A stretch of 59,882 bases of DNA from Blastocatellia bacterium (GTDB lineage Bacteria; Acidobacteriota; Blastocatellia; RBC074), in the NCBI GenBank assembly GCA_046154695.1, contig JBJXFI010000018.1, forward strand, positions 1 to 59,882. Direction: 5' to 3'. This document shows positions 20,391-29,254 of the stretch, piece after piece; within the stretch, counting starts at the first letter, position 1; the number at the start of each line of letters is the position of its first letter. The notes beneath the pieces were generated by a model. It was not told the origin of the DNA, ran no database searches, and saw only the letters and a program-made list of their open reading frames with translations. The translations under genes and the position numbers were made by a program.

Positions 20391-22643
20391 CTATCTCAAT
20401 AACGCATCGACCTTGGCCAGCAGCTCCTCGAAAACGATCCCGCGCTTGCTCAGGAAATCGTCGGCCCCCGACTGCAGCGCCTCGATCTTGTCCTCGAGCC
20501 CCTGGCGGCCGCCGAGCAGGATGACGGGCGTTTCGCGCTTCTCCTTGCGCAGGTCGCGGCAGATATCGAATCCAGATTGATGTTCGAGCAGCGCATCGAG
20601 GATCAGCAGTTGATAGTGGGCCGCGCGGGAGCGGGTTCGCTCCATCGCCTCCCTGCCGTCCTGCACCCGGTCGACCAGATAGTTCTCGACCTCCAGGCCC
20701 CGTTTCAGAATGGCCGCCAGCTCGTCATTGGCCACGGCGACCAGGATCCGTTCGATGGCCGGCAGCGAGGTCGTCGGCAGGCTGCCGGTGCGCCCCTTGT
20801 GCGCCATCGAGAGCCTCGCCGTGCCGGACGTCGGGGGGAGCATCGAGGTCATCGCCGCCGGCACATCCGCCAGCGTGGACGAGGCCAGCATCGCCTCGGC
20901 GCGCCGCAGATCGATCATCGCGCCGAGTTTGGCGAACTCGCGGGAGGCCTCCTCCAGATGCGCGCGCGCCGACTCGGGGCGGCTCTGGCGCAGGCGCAGC
21001 GACCCGATCGCTCCGTGGCAGACCGCCGTCCGATACGGGTCGCTGATGGTTTGAAAGATCGAAAGGCTTTGCCCAAAGGCGCGATTGGCCTCGCTCAATT
21101 CGCCGGCCTGGGTGTGGATCGTTCCCCGCGTGAAGAGCGCCCGCGCCATCAGGTTCAATGCCGGATCGAGAGAGGTCGCCGCCTCGGCGCCTTCCAGTTT
21201 CCCGCGGGCATTCGCCAGATCGGCGTTCTCCACGTGCGCAAGCGCAAGTTCGAACCCGAGCAGCACCTGCTCCTCGATCGCGCCCCGGTCGCGCGCGGCC
21301 GTCAACCCCTTCTCATACGCGTCGATCGCGGTCGATAGCTGGTGGCGCGCCTGGAGGATTCGCCCGAGGATTCGCTGCGTGCGCGCATAGATCACCGCGC
21401 CATGCCCCGCCACTGCCTGCTCGATCGATTGCCACGCGGCCGGCAGATCCCCCTGCAGCAGCTTCAATTCCGCCAGATCCGTCATCGCCACGGCTTCGGC
21501 CTTCGACAGCTTCTGTTCGCGGGCCAGCTTCAACCGATCCGCCAGCAGCCGCTCGGTCGCGGTCCAGGTTCCCAGGCGGGTCAGCACGCGGGAGAGGCTG
21601 CTGTAGCCCTTGAGCAGCAGCCGCACATTGCCGGTCTTCTCGATCATCTGGATGGCCGATTGATAAACGGGGATGGCCTCCTTCAGCCTGCCTTCGGTAT
21701 AAAGCACGAGCGCCTGCTGCAACTCGACCCGGCCCTTGAGCAGGTCGTCGCTCGTCTCCTCGGCCAACCGGGCGGCGCGGCCCCAATTGTAGCGGGCGCC
21801 CTCGAAGTCTCCTTCTTTCCACTCCACTTTTCCGAGCAGGTAATGGGACTCGGCGCGCAGGCGAACGTTGCCCGCCCGGCGCGCGGCGAGCATCGCCCGG
21901 TGCAGGTGGTCCCGCGCCGCCAGCAGGTCGCCGGCGCTGATCATCGCGCGGCCGAGCGCGGCGTGCGCGCCCGCGATTCCCGTGTCGTCGCTCTTGCCCT
22001 CGCCGGATTGCGAGAAGAAGCCCAGGCTGCGCTGCAGCGCGTCGATCGCGATCTCCATCTCCTTCCGCTCCAGATAGACGCGTCCGATGCAAAGCAGCAC
22101 GCCCGCGCGAAACGAGGGCGGAAGCGCGATCAACTGGGTCGTGTCGTTGTATTTCGAGAGCACATCCAGCGCCCGGTCAACCGCGCCCTTGTTCAAATGG
22201 GCCTCGGCCAGCACCCGGCGAAGATTGGCCTCTTCGCGGACATCCGCGTGCTGGATCTTCAATTGGCCGGTCAGGGAATGGATCAGGCCGTCGGCGCCGG
22301 CCGCCTCGTGGCGCGGCAGCAGCGGACCCGTCGCGCCTTCGGTCTCGATCAGTTGGAAGGTGATCTCCGGGCCGGCGCTGCCGAACCGGATGAGGTCGCC
22401 ATCGTTGAGCATCTGTTCCGAAATCCGGGCGCTGTTGATATAGCTTCCATTCGTCGATCCCAGATCGCGCAACATGAACCCGTTCCCCACACGGATCAGT
22501 TCGGCATGTGAACGCGACACCACCGTTTGGGGAATGCAGAGCGAATTTTCGGCGCCGCGTCCAATGGTGAATCGGGGGGATTCGAGCGGAAACGTTTGAG
22601 CTTCACCATTGAGGGTCAGATGAACTTCTCCACGCACACTCAT
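20391..22643 (-). CDS. FHA - TPR - receiver (REC) three-domain regulatory protein
   Basis: N-terminal FHA 'FTIGRGAENSLCIP..VSRSHAEL..LRDLGSTNGSYIN', central TPR-like helical repeats, C-terminal CheY-like domain 'ILVAVANDE..LLILDALL..PVILLGG..GADDFLSK'. Confidence 0.8.
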   Translation of the reverse strand: MSVRGEVHLTLNGEAQTFPLESPRFTIGRGAENSLCIPQTVVSRSHAELIRVGNGFMLRDLGSTNGSYINSARISEQMLNDGDLIRFGSAGPEITFQLIETEGATGPLLPRHEAAGADGLIHSLTGQLKIQHADVREEANLRRVLAEAHLNKGAVDRALDVLSKYNDTTQLIALPPSFRAGVLLCIGRVYLERKEMEIAIDALQRSLGFFSQSGEGKSDDTGIAGAHAALGRAMISAGDLLAARDHLHRAMLAARRAGNVRLRAESHYLLGKVEWKEGDFEGARYNWGRAARLAEETSDDLLKGRVELQQALVLYTEGRLKEAIPVYQSAIQMIEKTGNVRLLLKGYSSLSRVLTRLGTWTATERLLADRLKLAREQKLSKAEAVAMTDLAELKLLQGDLPAAWQSIEQAVAGHGAVIYARTQRILGRILQARHQLSTAIDAYEKGLTAARDRGAIEEQVLLGFELALAHVENADLANARGKLEGAEAATSLDPALNLMARALFTRGTIHTQAGELSEANRAFGQSLSIFQTISDPYRTAVCHGAIGSLRLRQSRPESARAHLEEASREFAKLGAMIDLRRAEAMLASSTLADVPAAMTSMLPPTSGTARLSMAHKGRTGSLPTTSLPAIERILVAVANDELAAILKRGLEVENYLVDRVQDGREAMERTRSRAAHYQLLILDALLEHQSGFDICRDLRKEKRETPVILLGGRQGLEDKIEALQSGADDFLSKRGIVFEELLAKVDALLR

Positions 22644-22752
22644 CGAATTGTCTCCTCTTGCCCATAAAACGCGGGGAGTATATCACCGGTCGCGCGCAAC
22701 GGGGAGGGAAGAAATCAAAAGTGCGAGGCGCTCCTCGGGATATTTTTCTTTC

Positions 22753-22780
22753 TTGACCCGAAAGGCCTTGCGGCTATAAT
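22753..22780 (+). promoter_or_regulatory. Near-consensus sigma-70 promoter (TTGACC - 16 nt - TATAAT) for the ATP-grasp cluster
   Basis: TTGACC at 22753-22758 and TATAAT at 22775-22780, about 75 nt upstream of the ATG at 22856 in the divergent intergenic region. Confidence 0.5.
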
Positions 22781-22855
22781 CGCCCCGCTGTTAATGAGTT
22801 CATCTCCACACCCCCGGAACCGACTCCGAATTAACGAACAGGACACGCAAGACGG

Positions 22856-23683
22856 ATGCCATCTTCACTTACAATAGGCGTGCTCGCGGAAGCGCGATAC
22901 CTGGTTCAGAACCAACCGACGGGTCTCTTTTCCGAGTTGCAATCGCAGGGACACGAGATCGTCCTGATCGATCCGCAGAGATCGTTTTACACGATGGGCT
23001 CGGACGCGTGGCTTGCGGGACTGGACGGAATCGTCGCGCGCGGCCGAAGCTGGGGGCTGCTCGGATTGCTCGGCTGGGCCGAGCGGGCCGGTATAAGGAC
23101 GATCAACCGCCGCGACGCGATCGCCGCCGTCCACAACAAGTCGCAGATGTCGATGGCGCTTGCGTCGAGCGGCCTGCCGATTCCCCAGACCTATTTCGGC
23201 AGCATCGCGCAGCTTGCGGCCAAGATTTCCCGCGATTGTTATCCAATCATTCTCAAACCGATCTTCGGCGATAATTCGCTCGGGCTGCTCGTCATCCCGA
23301 CGCCGGAGGAGATGGCCGCGACCGAGTGGACGGAGCCCGTGGCGCTGGCGCAGCGCTATTTCCGGACCGATGGATACGACCTAAAACTCTATGGCATCGG
23401 CGATGAGGTCTGGGTCGTGCGCAAGGTCTCGCCCTTCAACGCCGCCGAGGGGATGGACCGGTCGCGGGAGGGGCTCGTCGAGGCGACGCCGGAGCTGCGG
23501 GACCTCGGGCGCCGCTGCGGGCGGCTCTTCGGGCTGGACCTGTACGGCGTCGATTGCATCGAGACGGCCGACGGCGTCCTGATCATCGAGATCAACGACT
23601 ATCCCAACTACACCAACGTGCCGGCGGCAAACGCGCTGCTGGCGGAGTATGTCGTTGGCCGCTGCCGGAGCGATGCCTCGTGA
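22856..23683 (+). CDS. ATP-grasp enzyme, divergent paralogue 1 (RimK/ITPK-like)
   Basis: 'YPIILKPIFGDNSLGLLVI', 'DLKLYGIGDEVWVVRK', 'LYGVDCIETADGVLIIEINDYPNYTNVP'. Its N-terminal half is more RimK-like than in paralogues 2-4. Confidence 0.75.
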   Translation: MPSSLTIGVLAEARYLVQNQPTGLFSELQSQGHEIVLIDPQRSFYTMGSDAWLAGLDGIVARGRSWGLLGLLGWAERAGIRTINRRDAIAAVHNKSQMSMALASSGLPIPQTYFGSIAQLAAKISRDCYPIILKPIFGDNSLGLLVIPTPEEMAATEWTEPVALAQRYFRTDGYDLKLYGIGDEVWVVRKVSPFNAAEGMDRSREGLVEATPELRDLGRRCGRLFGLDLYGVDCIETADGVLIIEINDYPNYTNVPAANALLAEYVVGRCRSDAS

Positions 23684-23687
23684 GCCT

Positions 23688-24491
23688 ATGAAGATCGGGA
23701 TCATCACAAAACGGGAGAAGGCCACAAAATCGGGGTCGGTCATGCAGGAGGCGGCCGGAATTCTGCAATCGCGGGGCTGCGAGTGCGGGATGATCTATCC
23801 CGAGGACGGACGCATCGAGATCGCGGCGGTCCGAGCGGACTGCGATCTCTATCTGCTCAAATCCGGCACGGAGGCCGCGCTCTCGCTGGCGGGCGTGCTC
23901 GATTCGATGGGGGCGCGCATACTCAATCCGTATCCCACCGTCATCGCCATGCGCGACAAGGTCGTCTCGACGCGCAAACTGCTCTCGGCGGAGGTTCCGC
24001 TGCCCGAGACCTGGTTCGCCGCGAAGCCGGGCGACCTGGCCGATCTGCTTGCGGATGGTCCGATCGTCGTCAAGCCTTTCTGGGCGGCCTCGCAGGGGCG
24101 CGGTGTGCGAGTGATCCGCGAGGCGCGGGAACTCGCGTCCCTCGATCCGGTCGAAGATCTGCTCTTCGCGCAGCGATACAATCCGCCCGACGGCCGCGAC
24201 CACAAGCTCTATGTCATCGGGGAGCAGGTCTTCGGCGTCCGCCGCGTCTGGCCGCCAAAAACGCTCGAGGACAAGCTCGGCGAACCCTTCGAGGTTCCCG
24301 GCGAGATGCGGGAGATCGCGCTCCGCTGCGGCCGCGCCTTCGGCGTCGGCCTTTACGGCGTGGATCTGATCACCAGCGGCGGACGCTCCTACATCGTCGA
24401 TCTCAACACCTTTCCCGGATTCAAGGGCGTCCCCGATGCCGCATCGTTGTTGGCCGATTTCATTTTGAAAACATCCATTGAAAACATCTGA
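23688..24491 (+). CDS. ATP-grasp enzyme, ITPK1-like (inositol polyphosphate kinase family) paralogue 2
   Basis: 'CDLYLLKSGTE', 'ILNPYPTVIAMRDKVVS', 'HKLYVIGEQVFGVRR', 'LYGVDLITSGGRSYIVDLNTFPGFKGVP'. ATG lies 4 nt after the preceding stop. Confidence 0.7.
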   Translation: MKIGIITKREKATKSGSVMQEAAGILQSRGCECGMIYPEDGRIEIAAVRADCDLYLLKSGTEAALSLAGVLDSMGARILNPYPTVIAMRDKVVSTRKLLSAEVPLPETWFAAKPGDLADLLADGPIVVKPFWAASQGRGVRVIREARELASLDPVEDLLFAQRYNPPDGRDHKLYVIGEQVFGVRRVWPPKTLEDKLGEPFEVPGEMREIALRCGRAFGVGLYGVDLITSGGRSYIVDLNTFPGFKGVPDAASLLADFILKTSIENI

Positions 24492-24500
24492 GGTGAATGA

Positions 24501-25343
24501 ATGAAACTTCATTTTATGGTTGTCCGCCGGGTGCCGCCGGTTCCCAGCCCGGTGCTGGTCGAGTGCTACGAGATTTTGCGCGGACGCGGATACACGGTCA
24601 CCGAGGACATCGCCGAGGAGATTCTGCAGCGCCCCGATCTGCTGACGATCGACGCCGACCTCTATCTGCTCAAGTCTCACACGGAGCTCTCGCTCGCGAT
24701 GGCCGGCGTGCTGCACACGCAGGGCGCGAACATGCTCAACCCCTATGAGTCCTGTTCGCTGATTCAGAGCAAGATCATCACATCGAAGCTGCTGCGGGAG
24801 GCCGGGATTCCCGCGCCCGATTCGTGGGTGACCAATGATCTGAGCATGGCCAAATCGCTGCTCGAAAAACATCCGCTGATCATCAAGCCGCACATGGGGC
24901 ATCGCGGCGCGGGCGTCAGTCTTTGCCGGACGCCGGAGGAGATCGACCGGATCCCCGCGCCCGTCACCCCGATGATCATCCAGGAAGCGATTCCCGGGCC
25001 GGGCGAGGACCTCAAGATCTATTGCGTCGGCGATCAGGTGCAGGGCGTGCGGAAGCAGTTCTCCGAGTCCAGTTTCTCGGTCGCCGGCCGCCACGGCGAG
25101 ATCACCGAGGAGGTGCGCCGCATCTCGCAGCGCGTCGGCGAAGTGTGCGGCCTCGGTTTGTACGGCCTCGACATCATCGAAAGCGATCGCGGGCCCTATG
25201 TCGTCGATGTCAACTATTTTCCCGGCTACAAGGGCGTGCCGAACGCCGCCGGGCTGATCGCCGACTATATCGATCAGTACGCCAAAGGCCGCGTGACGCT
25301 GACGCCGCCGGTTCCCGGGGCCGCGCGCGTGGCCGCGAGCTGA
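24501..25343 (+). CDS. ATP-grasp enzyme, ITPK1-like paralogue 3
   Basis: '[11 protein letters not shown]', '[18 protein letters not shown]', '[15 protein letters not shown]', '[28 protein letters not shown]'. Confidence 0.7.
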   Translation: MKLHFMVVRRVPPVPSPVLVECYEILRGRGYTVTEDIAEEILQRPDLLTIDADLYLLKSHTELSLAMAGVLHTQGANMLNPYESCSLIQSKIITSKLLREAGIPAPDSWVTNDLSMAKSLLEKHPLIIKPHMGHRGAGVSLCRTPEEIDRIPAPVTPMIIQEAIPGPGEDLKIYCVGDQVQGVRKQFSESSFSVAGRHGEITEEVRRISQRVGEVCGLGLYGLDIIESDRGPYVVDVNYFPGYKGVPNAAGLIADYIDQYAKGRVTLTPPVPGAARVAAS

Positions 25344-25351
25344 ATGCCACG

Positions 25352-26572
25352 ATGAGCCAATCCCAGGAAGAAGCGGTGCGGGAGTCGAAGGCTTCCAGAA
25401 ACGCGGTGCTGGTTCTGCTGCTGGAAGGCTTTCTCTCCCGGCTGAGCTTCTCGGTTCTCGGGTTCGCGCTTCCGCTCTTTGCATACCGCCGGTTGGGGTT
25501 GAGTCTGACCCAGACGGGGTTTCTCTTCTCGGTCAACCTGATGTCGGAGCAGCTCTTCAAGCCGCTGATGGGCTGGGTGGCGGATCGCGCGGGGGTGAAG
25601 CGGATCTTCACGGCGTCGATTGCGCTGCGCAGCCTGGTGGCATTGCTGCTGGTCTTCGCCGGCGCGCCCTGGCAGGTGTACGCGATCCGGTTTTTGCATG
25701 GATTCGCGGAATCGCTGCGCGATCCCTCGGTTGCGGTGCTGATCGCGGTGAATGCGCGGGAGACGCGGCTCGCCTCGACCTTCGGCTGGTACACGACGGC
25801 GAAGCAGTCGGCCGGCTCGATCGGCGCCGCCCTGTGCGGGCTGTTGCTGGCCGCGACCGGGGACCGCTATGACGTGGCCTTTGCCGCGGGCTTTGTTCTT
25901 TCGCTTGCCCCCCTGTTCGCGGTCGCGCGATACCTGGAGGAACCGGCCCGCCATTCGGGCCCCGCCCCGGGGCCGCCCGCTTCCGCGGCGCCTTCAGGAG
26001 AGGCGGGGAAAAAAGAGAAGAGCGGGCTTTTGCCGATCGTCATCTTCGGGTTTTTGAGCGCGTGCACCGCGCGGATGATCACCCAGTTCTTTCCCATCCT
26101 GGCGATTGAATATGGCGGATTGAGCACGGCGCAGACGAGCCTGATCTATGCCGTCTCGCTCGTCATTCTGATCGGGGCCGGACCCCTCTTCGGCTGGCTG
26201 TCGGACAATGTCAGCCGGAAAATGGTTCTGATGGTTCGGGGCATCGCCAGTACGATCTCGTCGGCGTGCTTCTATTTCTTTCCCACGCTGCCCGGATTGG
26301 CCGCGGGGAACGTTCTCGATTCCCTGGGCAAGGCCGCCTTCCGGCCCGCCTGGGGCGCGATGATGGCCCGCGTCGCCCGGCTGAACCCGCGGCGACGGGC
26401 GCGAACGATGAGTTATTTGAGTCTCGGCGAGGGGCTCGGAGAGACCCTCGGGCCGATTCTGGGCGGGTTTCTGTGGAGCACCTGGGGCATCGGCGCCATG
26501 CTCGGCGCCCGCGTCGCCCTGGCGCTGCTCGGAGAGGTGTACGCCGTGATTGTGGCGCGAACCGATCAATAG
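25352..26572 (+). CDS. MFS transporter (12-TM type)
   Basis: ATG at 25352, 8 nt after paralogue 3. '[52 protein letters not shown]'. Paralogous to the C-terminal domain of the 29255-32410 protein. Confidence 0.85.
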   Translation: MSQSQEEAVRESKASRNAVLVLLLEGFLSRLSFSVLGFALPLFAYRRLGLSLTQTGFLFSVNLMSEQLFKPLMGWVADRAGVKRIFTASIALRSLVALLLVFAGAPWQVYAIRFLHGFAESLRDPSVAVLIAVNARETRLASTFGWYTTAKQSAGSIGAALCGLLLAATGDRYDVAFAAGFVLSLAPLFAVARYLEEPARHSGPAPGPPASAAPSGEAGKKEKSGLLPIVIFGFLSACTARMITQFFPILAIEYGGLSTAQTSLIYAVSLVILIGAGPLFGWLSDNVSRKMVLMVRGIASTISSACFYFFPTLPGLAAGNVLDSLGKAAFRPAWGAMMARVARLNPRRRARTMSYLSLGEGLGETLGPILGGFLWSTWGIGAMLGARVALALLGEVYAVIVARTDQ

Positions 26573-26573
26573 C

Positions 26574-26731
26574 GGCACAAGCTGTCCAGCTTGTGCCGGG
26601 TGTAAGGGTGCGCGTGAAGAGTAGGGCGGGTCGCGCGCCGGAAGTCGTCTCGTTCGAGGCCTGGTTTTTTTCTGAGAGTGTCTGGCGGAGGCGGCACAAG
26701 CTGGACGGCTTGTGCCACTTTTTCTGAGGAG
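26574..26731 (+). repeat. Copy B (complete) of the ~150-nt structured intergenic element
   Basis: GGCACAAGCTGTCCAGCTTGTGCC (26574-26597), GC stem GGTGCGCG..CGCGCGCC, CTCGTTCGAG mini-hairpin, second hairpin GGCACAAGCTGGACGGCTTGTGCC, then ACTTTTTCTGAGGAG 6 nt before the ATG at 26738. Confidence 0.85.
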
Positions 26732-26737
26732 AATGAA

Positions 26738-27583
26738 ATGCGAATCTGTTTTTTGATGGAGCCGCCGCGAAGCAACACGTCGGTGACCTATGAAGTGTTG
26801 AGCGGATTGCAGGCGAGCGGGGCGGAGGTGGAGGTGGTCACCGAGCGAAGCGGGCTGATCGACCTGCAGAATTTCAGGTTCGATTACGATGTGTATCTTT
26901 TCAAGTCGCATTCGCCGCTGGCCGAGAGCCTGGCGGCCGCGGCCCATTTTCGCGACGCGCGGCTGCTGAACGAGTATCCGGCGACGATGAAGGTTCGGGA
27001 CAAGGTGCTGACCTGCACGATGCTGCTCCAGGCGGGCATTCCCACGCCGCGCACCTTCGTCACCGATGCGATCGAGACGCTGCGCCCGGCCGTGCGCGAG
27101 ATGCCGATCGTCGTCAAGCCCTATCGCGGCCGCCGCGGCATGGGAATCGAGGTCTGCATGGATGAGGCCCAGTTCGACGCGCTGGTCCGGCGCCGCGAGG
27201 GAGCCGCCGTGGCCGATCTCGACGAGGGGGGCGAGGACGGCACGGCCCTCGGCGATCGCCTGATCTTCGCGCAGGAGTACGAAGAACACGAACCCTACGA
27301 TTACAAGGCCTATGCCATCGGCGATTACGTCCACGCCATCAAACGCATCTTCCCGGCGAAAACCAAGGAAGAGAAACTCGGCGTTCCGGTCGGCGAGGAC
27401 CCGGAACTCGAAGATCTGGTCCGGCGCTGTGGAAAACTTTTCGGGCTGCAGCTCTATGGCGTCGATCTCGTGAAAACGCCAAAAGGCTATTCGGTGATCG
27501 AGGTCAACTGCTTTCCGGGATACAAGGGCGTTCCCGAGGGCGGCGCCCGCATTTCAAACTTTATCCTCGAACATGTCCGGTGA
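26738..27583 (+). CDS. ATP-grasp enzyme, ITPK1-like paralogue 4
   Basis: '[11 protein letters not shown]', '[17 protein letters not shown]', '[18 protein letters not shown]', '[15 protein letters not shown]', '[28 protein letters not shown]'. Confidence 0.7.
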   Translation: MRICFLMEPPRSNTSVTYEVLSGLQASGAEVEVVTERSGLIDLQNFRFDYDVYLFKSHSPLAESLAAAAHFRDARLLNEYPATMKVRDKVLTCTMLLQAGIPTPRTFVTDAIETLRPAVREMPIVVKPYRGRRGMGIEVCMDEAQFDALVRRREGAAVADLDEGGEDGTALGDRLIFAQEYEEHEPYDYKAYAIGDYVHAIKRIFPAKTKEEKLGVPVGEDPELEDLVRRCGKLFGLQLYGVDLVKTPKGYSVIEVNCFPGYKGVPEGGARISNFILEHVR

Positions 27584-27747
27584 CAGGCAACAGATGGTTC
27601 GGCGAGCTTCATCGAAGGAGCCGTTTTATTGACACCCCTTGCTCGGATTGCCCTGGATCAGACGATTAACACTCAAGGGGCCTGATGAGAAAGCTGTATA
27701 AATTGGCTGTTGAGCAGGCTGGAGATTATTTTGGAGGAACATAGACT

Positions 27748-29106
27748 ATGGCTTCGGGATTGAAATCTTGGACACCCCTGGCGATTCTGCTTATCGCGGG
27801 GGTTATTTCATTGGCGCTTATTTCGGAATCGGCTTCGGCCCATTTCACCTTCCTGGACGCGTTTTCGTCCGAAAAGGAGAAGAAAGACAAGAAAGAGAAG
27901 AAGTCGAAGAGCAAAGTCGACGACGATGATGACGACGATGACGATCAGGACAAGGAGCAAAAGAAGCGGGAGAAAGAGGAGAAGAAGCGGGCCGAGAAGG
28001 CCGCGAAGTCGAAGATGAAGTCCGAGCCGGAGGCGGCCTCGGGGGTGGCGATCGCGTCAACTGAAAGGGCGGGCGAGAAGGCGGAAAAGACGGCAGCGAA
28101 GAAGGCCGAAGCCCGGGCATTGGCGGGTCCGTCGGCGGCCGCGATTGCGGAGCCGTTGGAAGCGGTCTTCGCGGTGGTGGAGACCGATCCCGTTCCGCAC
28201 GGCGGGGACGCCGCCGATGATCCCGCCATCTGGATTCATCCGAAAGATCCGTCCCAGAGCACCATCATCGGCAGCGACAAGCAGGGCGGCCTCGCCGTCT
28301 ATGACCTGAGCGGCAAACAGATTCAGTATCTCTCCGACGGATTGATGGACAACGTGGACCTCCGGGACGGCTTCACGCTCGGGGGCGAAAAGGTCGCAAT
28401 CGTCACGGCGAGCAATCGGAAAGACAACTCCATCGCGATCTACAAGGTCAACGCCGCGACGCGAAAGCTCGAACCCGCCGCGGCCCGCGTGGTCAAGCAC
28501 GGCATGACGGTTTACGGCATGTGTATGTATCGGAGCGGGAAATCCGGGAAATTCTTTTATTTCGGAACCAGCAAATCGGGCGATGTCGAACAGTACGAGC
28601 TCTTCGACAATGGCGGCAAGGTGGATGTGAGGAAGGTCCGCAGCTTCAAGCTCGGATCGGTCGTCGAGGGCTGCGTCGCAGATGATGAACTGGGCCATTT
28701 CTACATCAGCGAGGAGGCGGTGGGAATCTGGAAATACGGCGCGGATCCGGATGCGGGCGCGGAGCGCGTCCAGGTCGACAAGGTCGGCGGCCATTTGAAG
28801 GCCGATGTCGAAGGACTGGCGATCGCGTACGGTCCCGACGGGAAGGGATATCTGATGGCCTCCAGCCAGGGGGACTATTCGTTTGTCGTCTACCGGCGGG
28901 AAGGCAATAACGAGTTTGTCCGGAAGTTCCGGATCGGCGACGGCGCGGGGGTCGATGGCGCGGAAGAGACCGACGGAATCGATGTGACGACGGCCAGCCT
29001 GGGGCCCGCGTTCCCGAATGGCCTCTTCGTCGTGCAGGACGGGTTCAACGACAAGGGCAACCAGAACTTCAAACTCGTTCCCCTGCAGGCGATCGTCAGG
29101 CCGTAA
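27748..29106 (+). CDS. Secreted beta-propeller phytase (3-phytase, BPP family) with K/E/D-rich N-terminal extension
   Basis: Signal/TM '[18 protein letters not shown]'. '[83 protein letters not shown]' fits the Bacillus PhyC-type phytase pattern. GGAGGAAC SD. Confidence 0.8.
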   Translation: MASGLKSWTPLAILLIAGVISLALISESASAHFTFLDAFSSEKEKKDKKEKKSKSKVDDDDDDDDDQDKEQKKREKEEKKRAEKAAKSKMKSEPEAASGVAIASTERAGEKAEKTAAKKAEARALAGPSAAAIAEPLEAVFAVVETDPVPHGGDAADDPAIWIHPKDPSQSTIIGSDKQGGLAVYDLSGKQIQYLSDGLMDNVDLRDGFTLGGEKVAIVTASNRKDNSIAIYKVNAATRKLEPAAARVVKHGMTVYGMCMYRSGKSGKFFYFGTSKSGDVEQYELFDNGGKVDVRKVRSFKLGSVVEGCVADDELGHFYISEEAVGIWKYGADPDAGAERVQVDKVGGHLKADVEGLAIAYGPDGKGYLMASSQGDYSFVVYRREGNNEFVRKFRIGDGAGVDGAEETDGIDVTTASLGPAFPNGLFVVQDGFNDKGNQNFKLVPLQAIVRP

Positions 29107-29122
29107 CCCGCGGCAGCGAACA

Positions 29123-29219
29123 GGGAGGAGACACGGAATAGACGGAAAGAGCGGAATCAACGGGCCCGAAATCGCGGGCTGCCGGTTGTTCCGTTAATTC
29201 CGTCTATTCGTTTTCTCCC
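29123..29219. repeat. ACGGAA-type imperfect palindromic element, copy I
   Basis: GGGAGGAGACACGGAATAGACGGAAAGAGCGGAATCAACGG .. CCGGTTGTTCCGTTAATTCCGTCTATTCGTTTTCTCCC. The arms are reverse complements with a few mismatches. Confidence 0.8.
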
Positions 29220-29254
29220 ATCTCATTGAGAGACAATTTCGGAGGACGTCACGC

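Noticed and set aside
27695-27703. Extended -10-like TGTATAAAT upstream of the phytase gene.
   Set aside because: The spacing of the TG relative to the hexamer is off by one and there is no -35 element. It is plausible but unsupported.
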